From: Candidatus Poribacteria bacterium
GTDB lineage: Bacteria; Poribacteria; WGA-4E; PCPOR2b
Reading direction: 5' to 3'
Length of the DNA stretch: 64,000 bases
Assembly: GCA_965208675.1 (NCBI GenBank)
Contig: OZ242351.1
Coordinates: 4,416,001-4,480,000 of the forward strand
This document shows positions 16,713 to 26,582 of the stretch, piece after piece. Under the pieces are notes generated by a model, which worked only from the letters and a program-made list of their open reading frames with translations, did no database searches and was not told where the DNA came from. The stretch's first letter is position 1. Each line of letters opens with the position of its first letter. The translations under genes and the position numbers were made by a program.

Positions 16713-18557
16713 TTACCAGATAACCGCTTTCGTGTCGGGGACGAAACGTGTTTTCTTAACTAGTTTTCCGGTTGGGGTGTTTTCATAGAGCGGGTATGCG
16801 ACACCTTTCGGATCGATGGACACGACATCCGAACCGCGAATAACCAATTTATAGGGGATTTCGCCAAGAACTCGATGTACAACGCGTTCTGGTACTGGGA
16901 ACTTGAGGGTAACTTGGTCGCCGCGATTCAACCAACCGACTTGTATATAGCGCCCATCTATGAGCGTTCGTCGTTCTTCGCCTCCGACGGCGGCGTGGAC
17001 ATCGTTTGGATTGCACCATTCGGGAATTCGCACGGCTACAGTAGGCGCATCCTTAATGTGCAGCACCACCTTCCCCTCTACAGGCAGGTAGCTATCCACA
17101 TCAAGCCACTGAGAGGCGCGGTTCAGCAGTAGATTGATTTTGACAAGCCCGTCCGTTTTTGTCACCATTTTGTCCCACACAGAGTAAAACGTGCGAGCGC
17201 CGTTAGCGGTGCAGCAGTGCATGATGCTTGATGCGTCTAATTTCGGGCCGTCGGGCGTCTGGTGGACTGTCAGCGCTTCGTTTGCGCGCATCCAACCAAA
17301 AAAGGAGCCGACGGAACGCTCGCGAATGTTATCGTCGTTCCGGTATTGGTGATTGTCGGGTTCGGCATTGTAGTAACTCTCCGGGATTCGATCGAACAGA
17401 CTCACATCGCAGAGTTGCCCGTTCGCATACACATTGCGTACCCACCGGTCTACATCGTCCCAATAATCGCCTAAACCTGCCTCGGTCAGGTAGAGCGCCA
17501 ACCAGACCATGTCCGCGACTTCGCATATTTCGACCGAGTTTCCGCGCCGGTCCAAATACCAATCTGTACCGGGTTGGGCTTCAGGGAAGAAACCGATGAG
17601 CGAATCTCCCATTTCGCGCGCGAAGCGATAACACGCATCTACACGTTCTAAAACCTCCCGATCGCCGGCGGCAACACCGTATTCACATACTGCCATCAAT
17701 GCGTAAAGCCCGTGGTGAAAGTGCCAGAATTTGTATTCACCGTCCGCACTGTTAAAGAGGCGAGCTAATGCCCACCGAGCTAATCCGCGCGATAATTCGA
17801 GCGCTGGTTCATATCCGGTTACGCGGTAGAAAAGCCCGGCGCCATGGCCTGTCGATCCTATGCAATAATATATGGTGAACAGATTGTCCTTACTGTATAA
17901 GCCGCCGCCTTCGCTACCCATCAAGCCAGGTTCATCTGCATCGGTTGGCGGCGATTGACCTGGTACGAATTGCGCTCTCCACAGGAATCGAAAATCACCT
18001 TTTTCCCGTGTGAGCGAAAGGAGGCGGTCGACTTTGCGTTTGCCAATCTCAATCCATCGCGGGTCGTCGTCAATTTGCGCGAGTGTCGATAGTGCGATGA
18101 GTTGCCTTCCTTCACCCCAAATCTCTGAGAACGGCGTCATTTCTCCACTTTCGGCCTCTGCGAAACTGGGGATTCCCATGGAAACGGTGTCGAAAATATC
18201 GGTTGGGCAGTAGGTCAGCCCATCCTCGCCGACGAAGCTCAGCTGTGCTCCAAGTACACCTTTATCGACTTCAAGGTTTTGTTTGTTGCCAGATGCTAGC
18301 CGGCACAACGCCAACGCTTCGATGAATTTTGGCGGTATATTCAGATAGACATCAATCAGGTGATTGACGAACAGGACGGCTGGTTTACGGGAGAAATCCA
18401 CGATAAACTTCAACCCCCATTTTGCTTGAGGGTCCCAAACGTTAGTCAATGCGGTAATGGCTAAGCCCATTCTGTCAGCTAGATCGAGTGTGTCCGGCAC
18501 CTCAACTTCGTAGCGTTCACCCAGCGTACATTTCGCCATTGGATTGTGATTGAGCAT
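16713..18557 (-). CDS. GH127/GH146-like (beta-L-arabinofuranosidase-type) glycoside hydrolase
   Basis: EIC and HCC motifs matching the Glu/Cys3 zinc site; C-terminal beta-sandwich (VRIPEW). Confidence 0.7.
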   Translation of the reverse strand: MLNHNPMAKCTLGERYEVEVPDTLDLADRMGLAITALTNVWDPQAKWGLKFIVDFSRKPAVLFVNHLIDVYLNIPPKFIEALALCRLASGNKQNLEVDKGVLGAQLSFVGEDGLTYCPTDIFDTVSMGIPSFAEAESGEMTPFSEIWGEGRQLIALSTLAQIDDDPRWIEIGKRKVDRLLSLTREKGDFRFLWRAQFVPGQSPPTDADEPGLMGSEGGGLYSKDNLFTIYYCIGSTGHGAGLFYRVTGYEPALELSRGLARWALARLFNSADGEYKFWHFHHGLYALMAVCEYGVAAGDREVLERVDACYRFAREMGDSLIGFFPEAQPGTDWYLDRRGNSVEICEVADMVWLALYLTEAGLGDYWDDVDRWVRNVYANGQLCDVSLFDRIPESYYNAEPDNHQYRNDDNIRERSVGSFFGWMRANEALTVHQTPDGPKLDASSIMHCCTANGARTFYSVWDKMVTKTDGLVKINLLLNRASQWLDVDSYLPVEGKVVLHIKDAPTVAVRIPEWCNPNDVHAAVGGEERRTLIDGRYIQVGWLNRGDQVTLKFPVPERVVHRVLGEIPYKLVIRGSDVVSIDPKGVAYPLYENTPTGKLVKKTRFVPDTKAVIW

Positions 18558-18613
18558 TTTATTTTATTCCCTTTCAGACAAAGAAATTTATGCGATTTAG
18601 AGGAGGTAATTTC

Positions 18614-18808
18614 AAGCTTGTTTGAAAAATGGGTGACAAAGCCATTCTTGTGCGTTTGAGTTCGTATAACCGGTGTAACATCTATCGCGCGGGATTTACT
18701 ATCGCCCTCGCTATTCGTTCGGTTGATTCTATTCAGTCGCTTGATCCCCGCCTATCGAGGGTAGTGGGGTAATATACGCCTGCCGCCACTCTTGGGCTTT
18801 GATGAATG
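18614..18808. mobile_element. Degenerate copy of the MITE at 25100-25358
   Basis: Left end AAGCTTGTTTGAA; shares blocks GCCATTCTTG, ACTATCGCC.TCGCTATTCG, GAGGGTAGTGG and TATACGCCTGCCG; no clear right end. Confidence 0.65.
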
Positions 18809-19096
18809 CAGATACCATTAAAGAAACCGAGTTTTGAAGCTAAATACTCGGTTTCAAGTTTCATTATGCAAAATGTCAAGCAACTACTGGACCAGCCCAA
18901 ATATTTTATTCGTTTATTGTTTCTCGGTCAACAGAAATATTTCGAAGCGGGGTTTTGTTTCCGGGTTGAGAACACCGCCCTTATTGGCATTTTCAACGCA
19001 TATCTGGCGGCCATTCTACTTGATATGTTTGGCGTGGTGGTATATTATAGCTTCTGCGTTTGTGACTACGGATTTAGATGCCGCGATACGTAGAGG

Positions 19097-19120
19097 TCGC
19101 GATTCGGAGATTGTTCCTAC
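19097..19120 (-). repeat. GTAG-type REP (TCGCGATTCGGAGATTGTTCCTAC)
   Basis: Same family as about 270-293, 620-643 and 1312-1333. Confidence 0.7.
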
Positions 19121-19207
19121 GGCGCAAGGGCAGAGGCTGTAATAAGGAGATGTCTCCTACAATAGTTATTTTGACTGCAAAACAGTGAATATAATCCTCC
19201 TCTCGCA

Positions 19208-22078
19208 ATGATTCAGATTGATCATCCTCTCTTTTTCTTGTTCTTAGTTTCTGTTCCGCTAGTCTTAATTATCAACGGTTACACACGGGTTGAAGCCGCA
19301 CCATGGCGGCGATTTACGCTACTTGTGCTTCGAGTCGGAGGATTAGTGTGTCTGATTCTGGCAGCCGTCGGGTTACAACAGAAAAGCCGATCGGATATAC
19401 TTTCTGTGACGTTTCTCCTTGATGTATCTGGCAGCATCCCGTCTTCAAAACAGGCAGAGGGGATAGCTCGGATAAACGATGCCGTAAATGCGTTGAATCC
19501 CGAAGATGAGTTCAGTGTGATTCGTTTCGCAGCGCAAGCTACCATTGGTACACCAATGCAACGTCGATTGACTGCGCCGACTTTAACATCGGAATTTCTA
19601 TCGGACACAGGTATCGACGGTAACGCAACCGATATTGCCAGCGCTATTCAGTTGGGTATGGTAAACTTACCGGAGGCGCGGCAAACCCGATTTGTCTTGC
19701 TTAGCGACGGTTTACAGAATGTTAATGACGCAAATGAAATTTTGGATCTCGTGGAAGCAAGCGGGATAGAAATATTCACAATTCCTCTGAACGCTGAGCG
19801 GGAGAATGAAGTTTGGGTGCGAGATTTACAGGTGCCGCCGCGAGCCAAAGCCGATGCACACTTCCCAGTCCGTGCCATTGTCGAGAGCACGAGAGACACC
19901 CAGGCGACGGTGCGGCTGTATCATAACGACGTCCCCGTTTCAGCGGCGCATACGGTTCAACTTGAAGGCGGAAAACAGGTTATCGACAGTTTTTTACCAC
20001 AGCGAATCAGGGAAACGCGGAACCACGTGTATCGTGTCGACATCTCTTCGCCTATCGATCCAATTTCTGAAAACAACTCGGCTTACGGTTTAGTTGGTGT
20101 GTACGGGCGCCCGCGCATTTTGTATGTTGAAAGTAAAGCAGTACATGCCGCCAGGCTTAAAACGGTGCTTGAAAAAGACCATTTCAACGTTGACGTTACC
20201 GCGCCTTCCGGGTTTCCAACTGATTTGGCTCTCCTTCAAGGTTATGACGCAGTCATCCTGAGCAATGTCTCTGCGGATGAAATTCCACAACCGCAAATGG
20301 CTCTAATCGAAAGCTACGTCCGTGATATGGGCAAAGGGTTGGTGGTAATAGGCGGCGATCGCGCATTCGGCGTGGGCGGCTATCACGATACACCGCTGGA
20401 GCGCGTATTGCCTGTCGACATGACGCCAAAGCAGCGTAAAGAATCGGTCGCACTCATGCTCGTGGTTGATGCGTCTGGCAGCATGGAAGACTATGTGGGC
20501 GCCGACCAAAAGATTGAGTTGGCTATTGAAGGGGTTCGCGCCGCTGTTCGTGTGCTTGATGAAGAAGACCGCGTTGGGCTAATCGGGTTTGCGGAGAAAC
20601 CGCCGATTAAGACGTTCATCCCTCCCACGGATGAACACGAACGAATCAACCGAGGTGTTGGAAAGTTATACCCAAGCGGCGGTACGGAAATATATCCCGC
20701 GCTCGAAAGAGCACATGAAATTCTCAAGCAAATTGACGCGAAGCAGAAACACATCATCCTGTTGTCTGACGGTAAATCGGATGGTGCATTCACCCCTTTA
20801 GCGAGGCGGATAGCCGCCGATCAGATATCCGTAACAACAATCGCCATTGGCGACGCCGCCGGACAACAGTTAATGCAATCAATTGCTCGCGAGGGACAGG
20901 GGAATTACAAATACGTACGAAACGTGAGTCAACTACCGAAGGTGTTCGTGAACGCGGTGAGGCAGACTCAGAAGTACACGATCCAGCGATCGTTTCAACC
21001 AACCATCAGCGAGTTCGGCGGTCAAATTTTGGCGGAAATCGGCCGGCCTCCGAAGCTCTACGGGTATATTGCGACCTCGGGAAAGGAGCGTGCCCAGGTT
21101 TACATCCGCTCTCACGAAGAACACCCAATCTTGGCTGCATGGAATTACGGCTTGGGGAGAGCAGCCGCCTTTACTTCCGATTTGAAACCGGGTTGGGGCA
21201 GAGATTGGATTGAGTGGAAAAATTTTGGGAAGTTTTGGGGTCAAGTGGTCAGTTGGGTGTTGCCGCCCAACCATGGCGGCGGTGAGTTCGACCTCCACGT
21301 TTCCCACCGCGACGGCGAGGGAAAGGTTGTAGTTGATGACTTCGACGTGACGCGCTCGGTGCCGAATCATGAAAGAAGAGTTGGGGGCGTGTTAAGCAAC
21401 TCAGATGGGTTTGTCGGGCATGTTGCCCGACCGCGCGCCGGCGGAGAATCAATTGAGTTGCAACGCGTTTCGCCGACACGGTACGAAGGCAGTTTCACGA
21501 TTCGAGAACTCGGCGCATACCACGTTACCGTGCAGGAAAAGTTGAACGGCGCGCTCAAAAGTTCGCGGCGCGCAAATCTGATTGTTTCGTACCCGGCAGA
21601 ATTCGCTGAATTCAAGACCAATCGACAGTTGCTCGCTGAAATATCCGGGCGAACTGACGGAATTTTCGACCCGTCGCCAGACCAGATTCTGGAGCGTTCC
21701 GATAAAGGGATAGAACATCTGAAGCCGCTATCGGGCGTTTTGCTGGCGGCGAGCGTTGTGTTGTTTGTCGTTGAGATGATACTCCGCCGCTTGACAATTG
21801 CAAGCGGCTACTTATCTGAACTTCGGGCGCAGTTGCATGTGTTTCGCCGGCGAGACCGCGATTCGTTGTCACCAACACTCTCCCGTCTGAGTGAGACAAA
21901 GTCCGTTCTACGCCAGCCAACTAAAACGGGCGCATTTCAACAAGGGCAGGTTTCGGCAGATGTAGCTTTAACGCAACAGGCATCTGCAGGTGCGAGTGTT
22001 CACTCACGGGTTGAAGGCGGCGGGACGGGACGTTTGCTAGCGGCAAAACGACGTGCGAGGTCAGGCAGCGTGACGTAA
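19208..22078 (+). CDS. Membrane-anchored protein with two VWA domains and a GATase1-like (DUF1355-type) domain
   Basis: MIDAS motifs DVSGS and DASGS; GLVVIGG..AFG.GGY..TPLE..LPV; HPILAAWNYGLGR; N- and C-terminal TM segments. Confidence 0.88.
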   Translation: MIQIDHPLFFLFLVSVPLVLIINGYTRVEAAPWRRFTLLVLRVGGLVCLILAAVGLQQKSRSDILSVTFLLDVSGSIPSSKQAEGIARINDAVNALNPEDEFSVIRFAAQATIGTPMQRRLTAPTLTSEFLSDTGIDGNATDIASAIQLGMVNLPEARQTRFVLLSDGLQNVNDANEILDLVEASGIEIFTIPLNAERENEVWVRDLQVPPRAKADAHFPVRAIVESTRDTQATVRLYHNDVPVSAAHTVQLEGGKQVIDSFLPQRIRETRNHVYRVDISSPIDPISENNSAYGLVGVYGRPRILYVESKAVHAARLKTVLEKDHFNVDVTAPSGFPTDLALLQGYDAVILSNVSADEIPQPQMALIESYVRDMGKGLVVIGGDRAFGVGGYHDTPLERVLPVDMTPKQRKESVALMLVVDASGSMEDYVGADQKIELAIEGVRAAVRVLDEEDRVGLIGFAEKPPIKTFIPPTDEHERINRGVGKLYPSGGTEIYPALERAHEILKQIDAKQKHIILLSDGKSDGAFTPLARRIAADQISVTTIAIGDAAGQQLMQSIAREGQGNYKYVRNVSQLPKVFVNAVRQTQKYTIQRSFQPTISEFGGQILAEIGRPPKLYGYIATSGKERAQVYIRSHEEHPILAAWNYGLGRAAAFTSDLKPGWGRDWIEWKNFGKFWGQVVSWVLPPNHGGGEFDLHVSHRDGEGKVVVDDFDVTRSVPNHERRVGGVLSNSDGFVGHVARPRAGGESIELQRVSPTRYEGSFTIRELGAYHVTVQEKLNGALKSSRRANLIVSYPAEFAEFKTNRQLLAEISGRTDGIFDPSPDQILERSDKGIEHLKPLSGVLLAASVVLFVVEMILRRLTIASGYLSELRAQLHVFRRRDRDSLSPTLSRLSETKSVLRQPTKTGAFQQGQVSADVALTQQASAGASVHSRVEGGGTGRLLAAKRRARSGSVT

Positions 22079-22145
22079 CATGTTTGTCTACAAGTTAGGT
22101 GGCTTGGATTAGGTAACATAAAACCTCCGCATAAAAATACTTGTC

Positions 22146-23549
22146 ATGTCCGATTGTTTTGTTCAACGTGTAACCTGCTATATCCGAGAACATCAAATGA
22201 TTCAACCGGGGGAAATTGTATTGGTGGGCGTCTCCGGCGGCGTAGATTCGCTTTCACTGCTGTATTGCTTGCACGAATTACGGCATGAAATCAACTGTTT
22301 TCTCCACGTCGCACATTTAGACCACGGCATTCGTCCTGATTCGGCTGCGGACGCGGCGTTTGTTTGCAAACATGCGAATCGGCTGAATTTGGAAATTTCC
22401 GTCGAAAGCGTGGACGTGCCGCAAATGATGAGGCATCAAAAACTCTCAGTAGAGACGGCAGCTCGAAACGCACGGTTCAGTTTCTACGAAGGTGTTTCTG
22501 AACAGATTGGCGCGACGAAGGTTGCACTGGGGCATCATCGCGGCGATCAATCGGAAACTGTTCTAATGCGCTTATTGCGCGGCGCCGGTTCGATTGGCCT
22601 CAGAGGCATGCTTCCGGTTCGAGACGGAAAGTTCATCCGCCCGTTTCTCAATTTTTCGCGGGAAGAGATTGAAGCGTTCGCAGCGGAACTCGGCCTGCAA
22701 CCGCGGCGGGATTCGACAAACTATGATCCGAATAACCTTCGTAACCGCATCCGTTTAGAGTTGATTCCGTTGTTAGAACAGTCCTATAATCCGAATCTTC
22801 AAAACACGGTAAACCAAACTGCGGAGTTGCTGCGCGTTGAGTCAAACTACTTAGAGGGGATTGCTCGAGATGCTTTTCAAACGTGCCGCGAAAGCCCTGA
22901 TGTGACTGATGTTGTTGTGTTGAATCGCCAGACCTTCCTTAGATACCATCTCGCCGTGCGTCAACGCATCTTGCGCTGTGCTATCGGGGAAATTTCGGGT
23001 AATTTGAGGCGATTTTATTTTAATCACTTTGCGGCGATGTTAAAATTGATTGAGGGGGAATCGCCCAATGCTTCATTGGATTTACCCGGTAATCTGCGAC
23101 TGCAACGCGCATATAATCAGCTAATTTTTCAAAAATCAGTATATGCTCCTAACGAGTTTGAATATGAGGTGGCTGTGCCGGGTTCGACAGATTTGCCGCT
23201 GTTAAAGGCACGAATGATTGCTACCGTTGGGGCGTCCCAACCTGCGAAATTACCTGATGGCAAATTACGGGCGGTGTTCGATTCTCTCCAATCTCCGCTT
23301 AAACTACGCAACCGACGGGCAGGCGATCGATTTCAACCATTTGGTATGCAGGGCACCAAAAAGGTTAAGGATTTTCTTATTGATTCGAAAGTTCCCCGCC
23401 AAGAGCGATACCGAGTTCCAATTCTTGTGAGCGGCGAGGAAATCGCGTGGGTTGTGGGACATCGGACGAGTGAGCGGTTTAAGGTCGGAGATGGGACAAA
23501 GCGTTGCGTCTATCTAGCTTATACGCCGTACGATAAGTTGGCGGATTGA
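22146..23549 (+). CDS. tilS: tRNA(Ile)-lysidine synthase
   Basis: SGGVDS PP-loop, HLDHGIR, DSTN, RNRIR; C-terminal KKVKDFLIDSKVP. Confidence 0.95.
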   Translation: MSDCFVQRVTCYIREHQMIQPGEIVLVGVSGGVDSLSLLYCLHELRHEINCFLHVAHLDHGIRPDSAADAAFVCKHANRLNLEISVESVDVPQMMRHQKLSVETAARNARFSFYEGVSEQIGATKVALGHHRGDQSETVLMRLLRGAGSIGLRGMLPVRDGKFIRPFLNFSREEIEAFAAELGLQPRRDSTNYDPNNLRNRIRLELIPLLEQSYNPNLQNTVNQTAELLRVESNYLEGIARDAFQTCRESPDVTDVVVLNRQTFLRYHLAVRQRILRCAIGEISGNLRRFYFNHFAAMLKLIEGESPNASLDLPGNLRLQRAYNQLIFQKSVYAPNEFEYEVAVPGSTDLPLLKARMIATVGASQPAKLPDGKLRAVFDSLQSPLKLRNRRAGDRFQPFGMQGTKKVKDFLIDSKVPRQERYRVPILVSGEEIAWVVGHRTSERFKVGDGTKRCVYLAYTPYDKLAD

Positions 23550-23553
23550 ACAA

Positions 23554-24135
23554 TTGCCGACCGAGATGTCTGCACAAATGTATGTCCGAACAAAAGAAAT
23601 GCCAACAGCAAAAAAATCTCAGACGCAATCAATTTTAATCACCGAATCACAAATTCGCGGACGAGTCCGTGAATTAGGGAGGGAAATTTCCGGCGATTAC
23701 GCCAATTGCGACCTTGTGCTTCTCGGCGTACTCAAAGGCGGCGTTGTGTTCTTTTCCGATCTCATGCGTGCCATTTCTATTCCCGTCCGGTGTGAATTTG
23801 TCCAAATTGAGAGTTACGGTGCTAACAGTGTTTCATCGGAGAATGTCCAAGTCATCCACAGCATTAAAGGAGATCTTCGCAAAGCAGATGTTCTCGTGGT
23901 GGAGGACATTGTTGATACCGGACATTCATTGAACTTTCTCATGAAATATGTCAGTACGCTGCAACCAGCGAGCATAAGGGTGTGTAGTTTGCTCGACAAG
24001 CCCGGGCGGCGGGTGGTTCCGGCTTCCATTGACTATGTGGGATTTGAAATTGATGATGTTTTTGTAATCGGTTACGGTTTGGATTATAATCAGCAGTACC
24101 GCAATCTTCCGTACGTTGCGGTGTGCGATGATTGA
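23554..24135 (+). CDS. hpt: Hypoxanthine phosphoribosyltransferase
   Basis: VLVVEDIVDTG PRPP motif, FVIGYGLDY, YRNLPY; true start may be ATG 23599. Confidence 0.95.
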   Translation: MPTEMSAQMYVRTKEMPTAKKSQTQSILITESQIRGRVRELGREISGDYANCDLVLLGVLKGGVVFFSDLMRAISIPVRCEFVQIESYGANSVSSENVQVIHSIKGDLRKADVLVVEDIVDTGHSLNFLMKYVSTLQPASIRVCSLLDKPGRRVVPASIDYVGFEIDDVFVIGYGLDYNQQYRNLPYVAVCDD

Positions 24136-24221
24136 AAATAGTGCTCCGAGACTGCTCATTTACAACCATCTTGCCGGTGATTTCAGAATGGCTAATCAGC
24201 GGCAATCGGATTAGTTTTTCG

Positions 24222-24250
24222 TTGACAGCGCATAAACCTACTGATAATAT
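24222..24250 (+). promoter_or_regulatory. sigma70-type promoter of the cytochrome c gene
   Basis: TTGACA-N17-TAATAT. Confidence 0.65.
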
Positions 24251-24297
24251 ACTGACCGTTATTTTGCATTCATAAACTTCCAAAATGTCAAGAGGAG

Positions 24298-25074
24298 ATG
24301 CTAATGCGTAATGTTAAAGGTGTTGTAATAGTTACAATCTTGATTCTCCCGCTCGTAGCGGTGGCAAGCGCGGAGATGTCCGAAAAAGCTCAAATGGGCC
24401 GTGAACTATTTTACGACCCCTCGTTCGGCGGCACACTCGAACCTCAAAAAGTTAGCGGCCTAGCTTGCGCACATTGCCACGCTGATTTTGATGAAGACGC
24501 GAACCCTGACGGAAAAATTCGGGCGGGACACAGCATAATAGGCGTGCCGCACCGCGGCGAGGCGAAAGGCGGGATGATTAAGGCGGATATATTCCGGCGC
24601 GCTGCGGGCGGCGGCGGGTTCTGCTATCAGCATTTCTTACAGCGGATTCCCGAAGATAAGGTCGATCCTATTGCCATCCCGGAGGAACAAGCAGAAGCCT
24701 TGATGGCTTATTTTGAACATGTTTCCGGGGATAACAAGGGGCCGGAATTCGAAATAAAGATGCTTGACAGAGAGGCTGCAGCCGAGGCGGCCGAGAAGAT
24801 TCTGGCGATGAAGGGTGACCCGAAGGAGGGTTGGAAACTCTTCAGCAGAGCTTGTAACGATTGCCATCCAACGGCTAAAAAAGCGGGCATCGGCACGCAG
24901 CTTGTGCGGAGAAGACCGCCTTCCAACATGAAAAAATGGAAGGTCAACATCGCTGCAAAGGTCCGCGGCGGCGGCTTTATTATGCCATTCTACGGTGAAG
25001 ATCGGTTGTCCGACCGAGACATCTCTGATATTGTGGCGTTTCTGGAAAAGTTAGTTACTGAAAAGAAGAGATAA
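24298..25074 (+). CDS. Exported diheme c-type cytochrome with TsdA/SoxA-like layout
   Basis: Signal peptide; CAHCH and CNDCH; extra Cys in FCYQHF; IMP before the C-terminal helix. Confidence 0.8.
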   Translation: MLMRNVKGVVIVTILILPLVAVASAEMSEKAQMGRELFYDPSFGGTLEPQKVSGLACAHCHADFDEDANPDGKIRAGHSIIGVPHRGEAKGGMIKADIFRRAAGGGGFCYQHFLQRIPEDKVDPIAIPEEQAEALMAYFEHVSGDNKGPEFEIKMLDREAAAEAAEKILAMKGDPKEGWKLFSRACNDCHPTAKKAGIGTQLVRRRPPSNMKKWKVNIAAKVRGGGFIMPFYGEDRLSDRDISDIVAFLEKLVTEKKR

Positions 25075-25099
25075 ACGCATTAATACGCTGCTCTACTTA

Positions 25100-25358
25100 G
25101 AGCCTGTTTGAATAATAGGTAACAACGCCATTCTTGGGCGTTTCGGTTAGTTTCACTGGTGGAAATTCTATAACGCGAGCACGGGATTCACTATCGCCTT
25201 CGCTATTCGAAAAGTTGATCCTATTGGGGCGCTTGATTCCGCCAAATACCTTTCTCCAGCATTGGGCGGGGCAAGATGCCCCGCCTACGGAGGGTAGTGG
25301 CGTACTATACGCCTGCCGGCCCTCTGGTGCTGTATAAAATGAATTTTCAAACAAGTTT
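25100..25358. mobile_element. MITE, 259 bp, with IS5-family-like ends
   Basis: Imperfect 13-bp terminal inverted repeats GAGCCTGTTTGAA / TTCAAACAAGTTT (10 of 13 match) flanked by TTA at 25097-25099 and 25359-25361; second copy at 18614. Confidence 0.75.
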
Positions 25359-25558
25359 TTATTGTTGTGCGATTCGGGTTTCGCACAATCGGGGCGATGA
25401 TAGTAGTTCTCGGCTAAGCGCAACTGGAAATCTGTTAAATTACCACCTGCATTCCCTACGCCGCTACCTAAAATAGAAACGCCTGCCGCGGGCAGCATTA
25501 TGCCGCGGATTCCGCACCAGCTCAATGTGCTAAATACAGCGGCGCTGACCCCGCCCGT

Positions 25559-26485
25559 TCAATAACCGAGCAGACTGATGCCATCGCGGTAAGTTTGAGC
25601 GGATTTATGCAAAGCCTGAAGTTCGTCGTCAGTCAGTTTGATTTCGATGATTTCTTCAACGCCGCCAGCACCTAATTTAATTGGAACACCGATATACAGG
25701 TCGTTGATGCCGTACTGCCCGGTGAGATGAGCCGAGCAGGCTAAGATTCGCTTTTTGTCGCGCACAATCGCTTCTGCCATTTGAGCGAGGGAGGCGCCCG
25801 CGGCATAGTAACCGCTCGTTTTGAGGAGTTGGACTACTTCTGCACCGCCGTCACGCGTGCGTTGTGCAAGCGCTTCAATCCGATCAGCGGACATAAGCTG
25901 TGTTATTGGTATCCCCGCAACCGTTGTGTAACGCGGCAGGGGTACCATGGTATCGCCATGTCCACCCAGTACAAATCCGGAAATATCTTCGACAGAAACG
26001 CCGAGCTCGATCGCAATAAAATAGTGAAATCTTGCAGAGTCAAGCACGCCCGCTTGTCCAACGACACGGTCGGACGGAAAGCCGGAAACCTTCCACGCGT
26101 GATAAGTCATGATGTCCAGTGGGTTCGTTAAAATTACAATTGTGCAGTTGGGAGAATGCTTCACCGCGTTTTCAGTCGCTGTTTTAACGATGTTTGCGTT
26201 AATATGCAAAAGATCTTCGCGGCTCATGCCGGGCTTACGCGGCGAGCCGGAGGTAATGATGACTAGATCTGAACCCGCGGTCGGTTCGTAATCCAACGAC
26301 CCCGTTACGTTGGCGTCAAAATTTTCGACTGGCGAGGCTTCTGCCATGTCCAAGCCTTTTCCCTGGGGAAGGCCGTCAACGATATCAACCATGACGACAT
26401 CGCCGAGCTCCTTCTGGGCGATGAGAAATGCTGCCGTCGCTCCGACATTTCCTGCACCTATGACACTGATTTTTTTTCTAGACAT
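25559..26485 (-). CDS. mdh: Malate dehydrogenase (LDH-like)
   Basis: GAGNVG; PRKPGMSREDLL; NPLD; LDSARF; GGHGDTMVP. Confidence 0.96.
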   Translation of the reverse strand: MSRKKISVIGAGNVGATAAFLIAQKELGDVVMVDIVDGLPQGKGLDMAEASPVENFDANVTGSLDYEPTAGSDLVIITSGSPRKPGMSREDLLHINANIVKTATENAVKHSPNCTIVILTNPLDIMTYHAWKVSGFPSDRVVGQAGVLDSARFHYFIAIELGVSVEDISGFVLGGHGDTMVPLPRYTTVAGIPITQLMSADRIEALAQRTRDGGAEVVQLLKTSGYYAAGASLAQMAEAIVRDKKRILACSAHLTGQYGINDLYIGVPIKLGAGGVEEIIEIKLTDDELQALHKSAQTYRDGISLLGY

Positions 26486-26582
26486 TTTTTACTCCTCTGT
26501 TCTGAAGCGTGCTTTCACCGATGGACTTCCTGTTGCGGCAAACGAGTCTAGGACGTGCTTTTGCCTGACAACGCCAATCGTC

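Noticed and set aside
18806-19142. ORFs 18806-19093 and 18834-19142
   Set aside because: AT-rich region between divergent genes with repeat remnants; no RBS or recognisable motifs.
25097-25525. 142-aa minus-strand ORF
   Set aside because: Overlaps the MITE and shows no transposase or other motifs.
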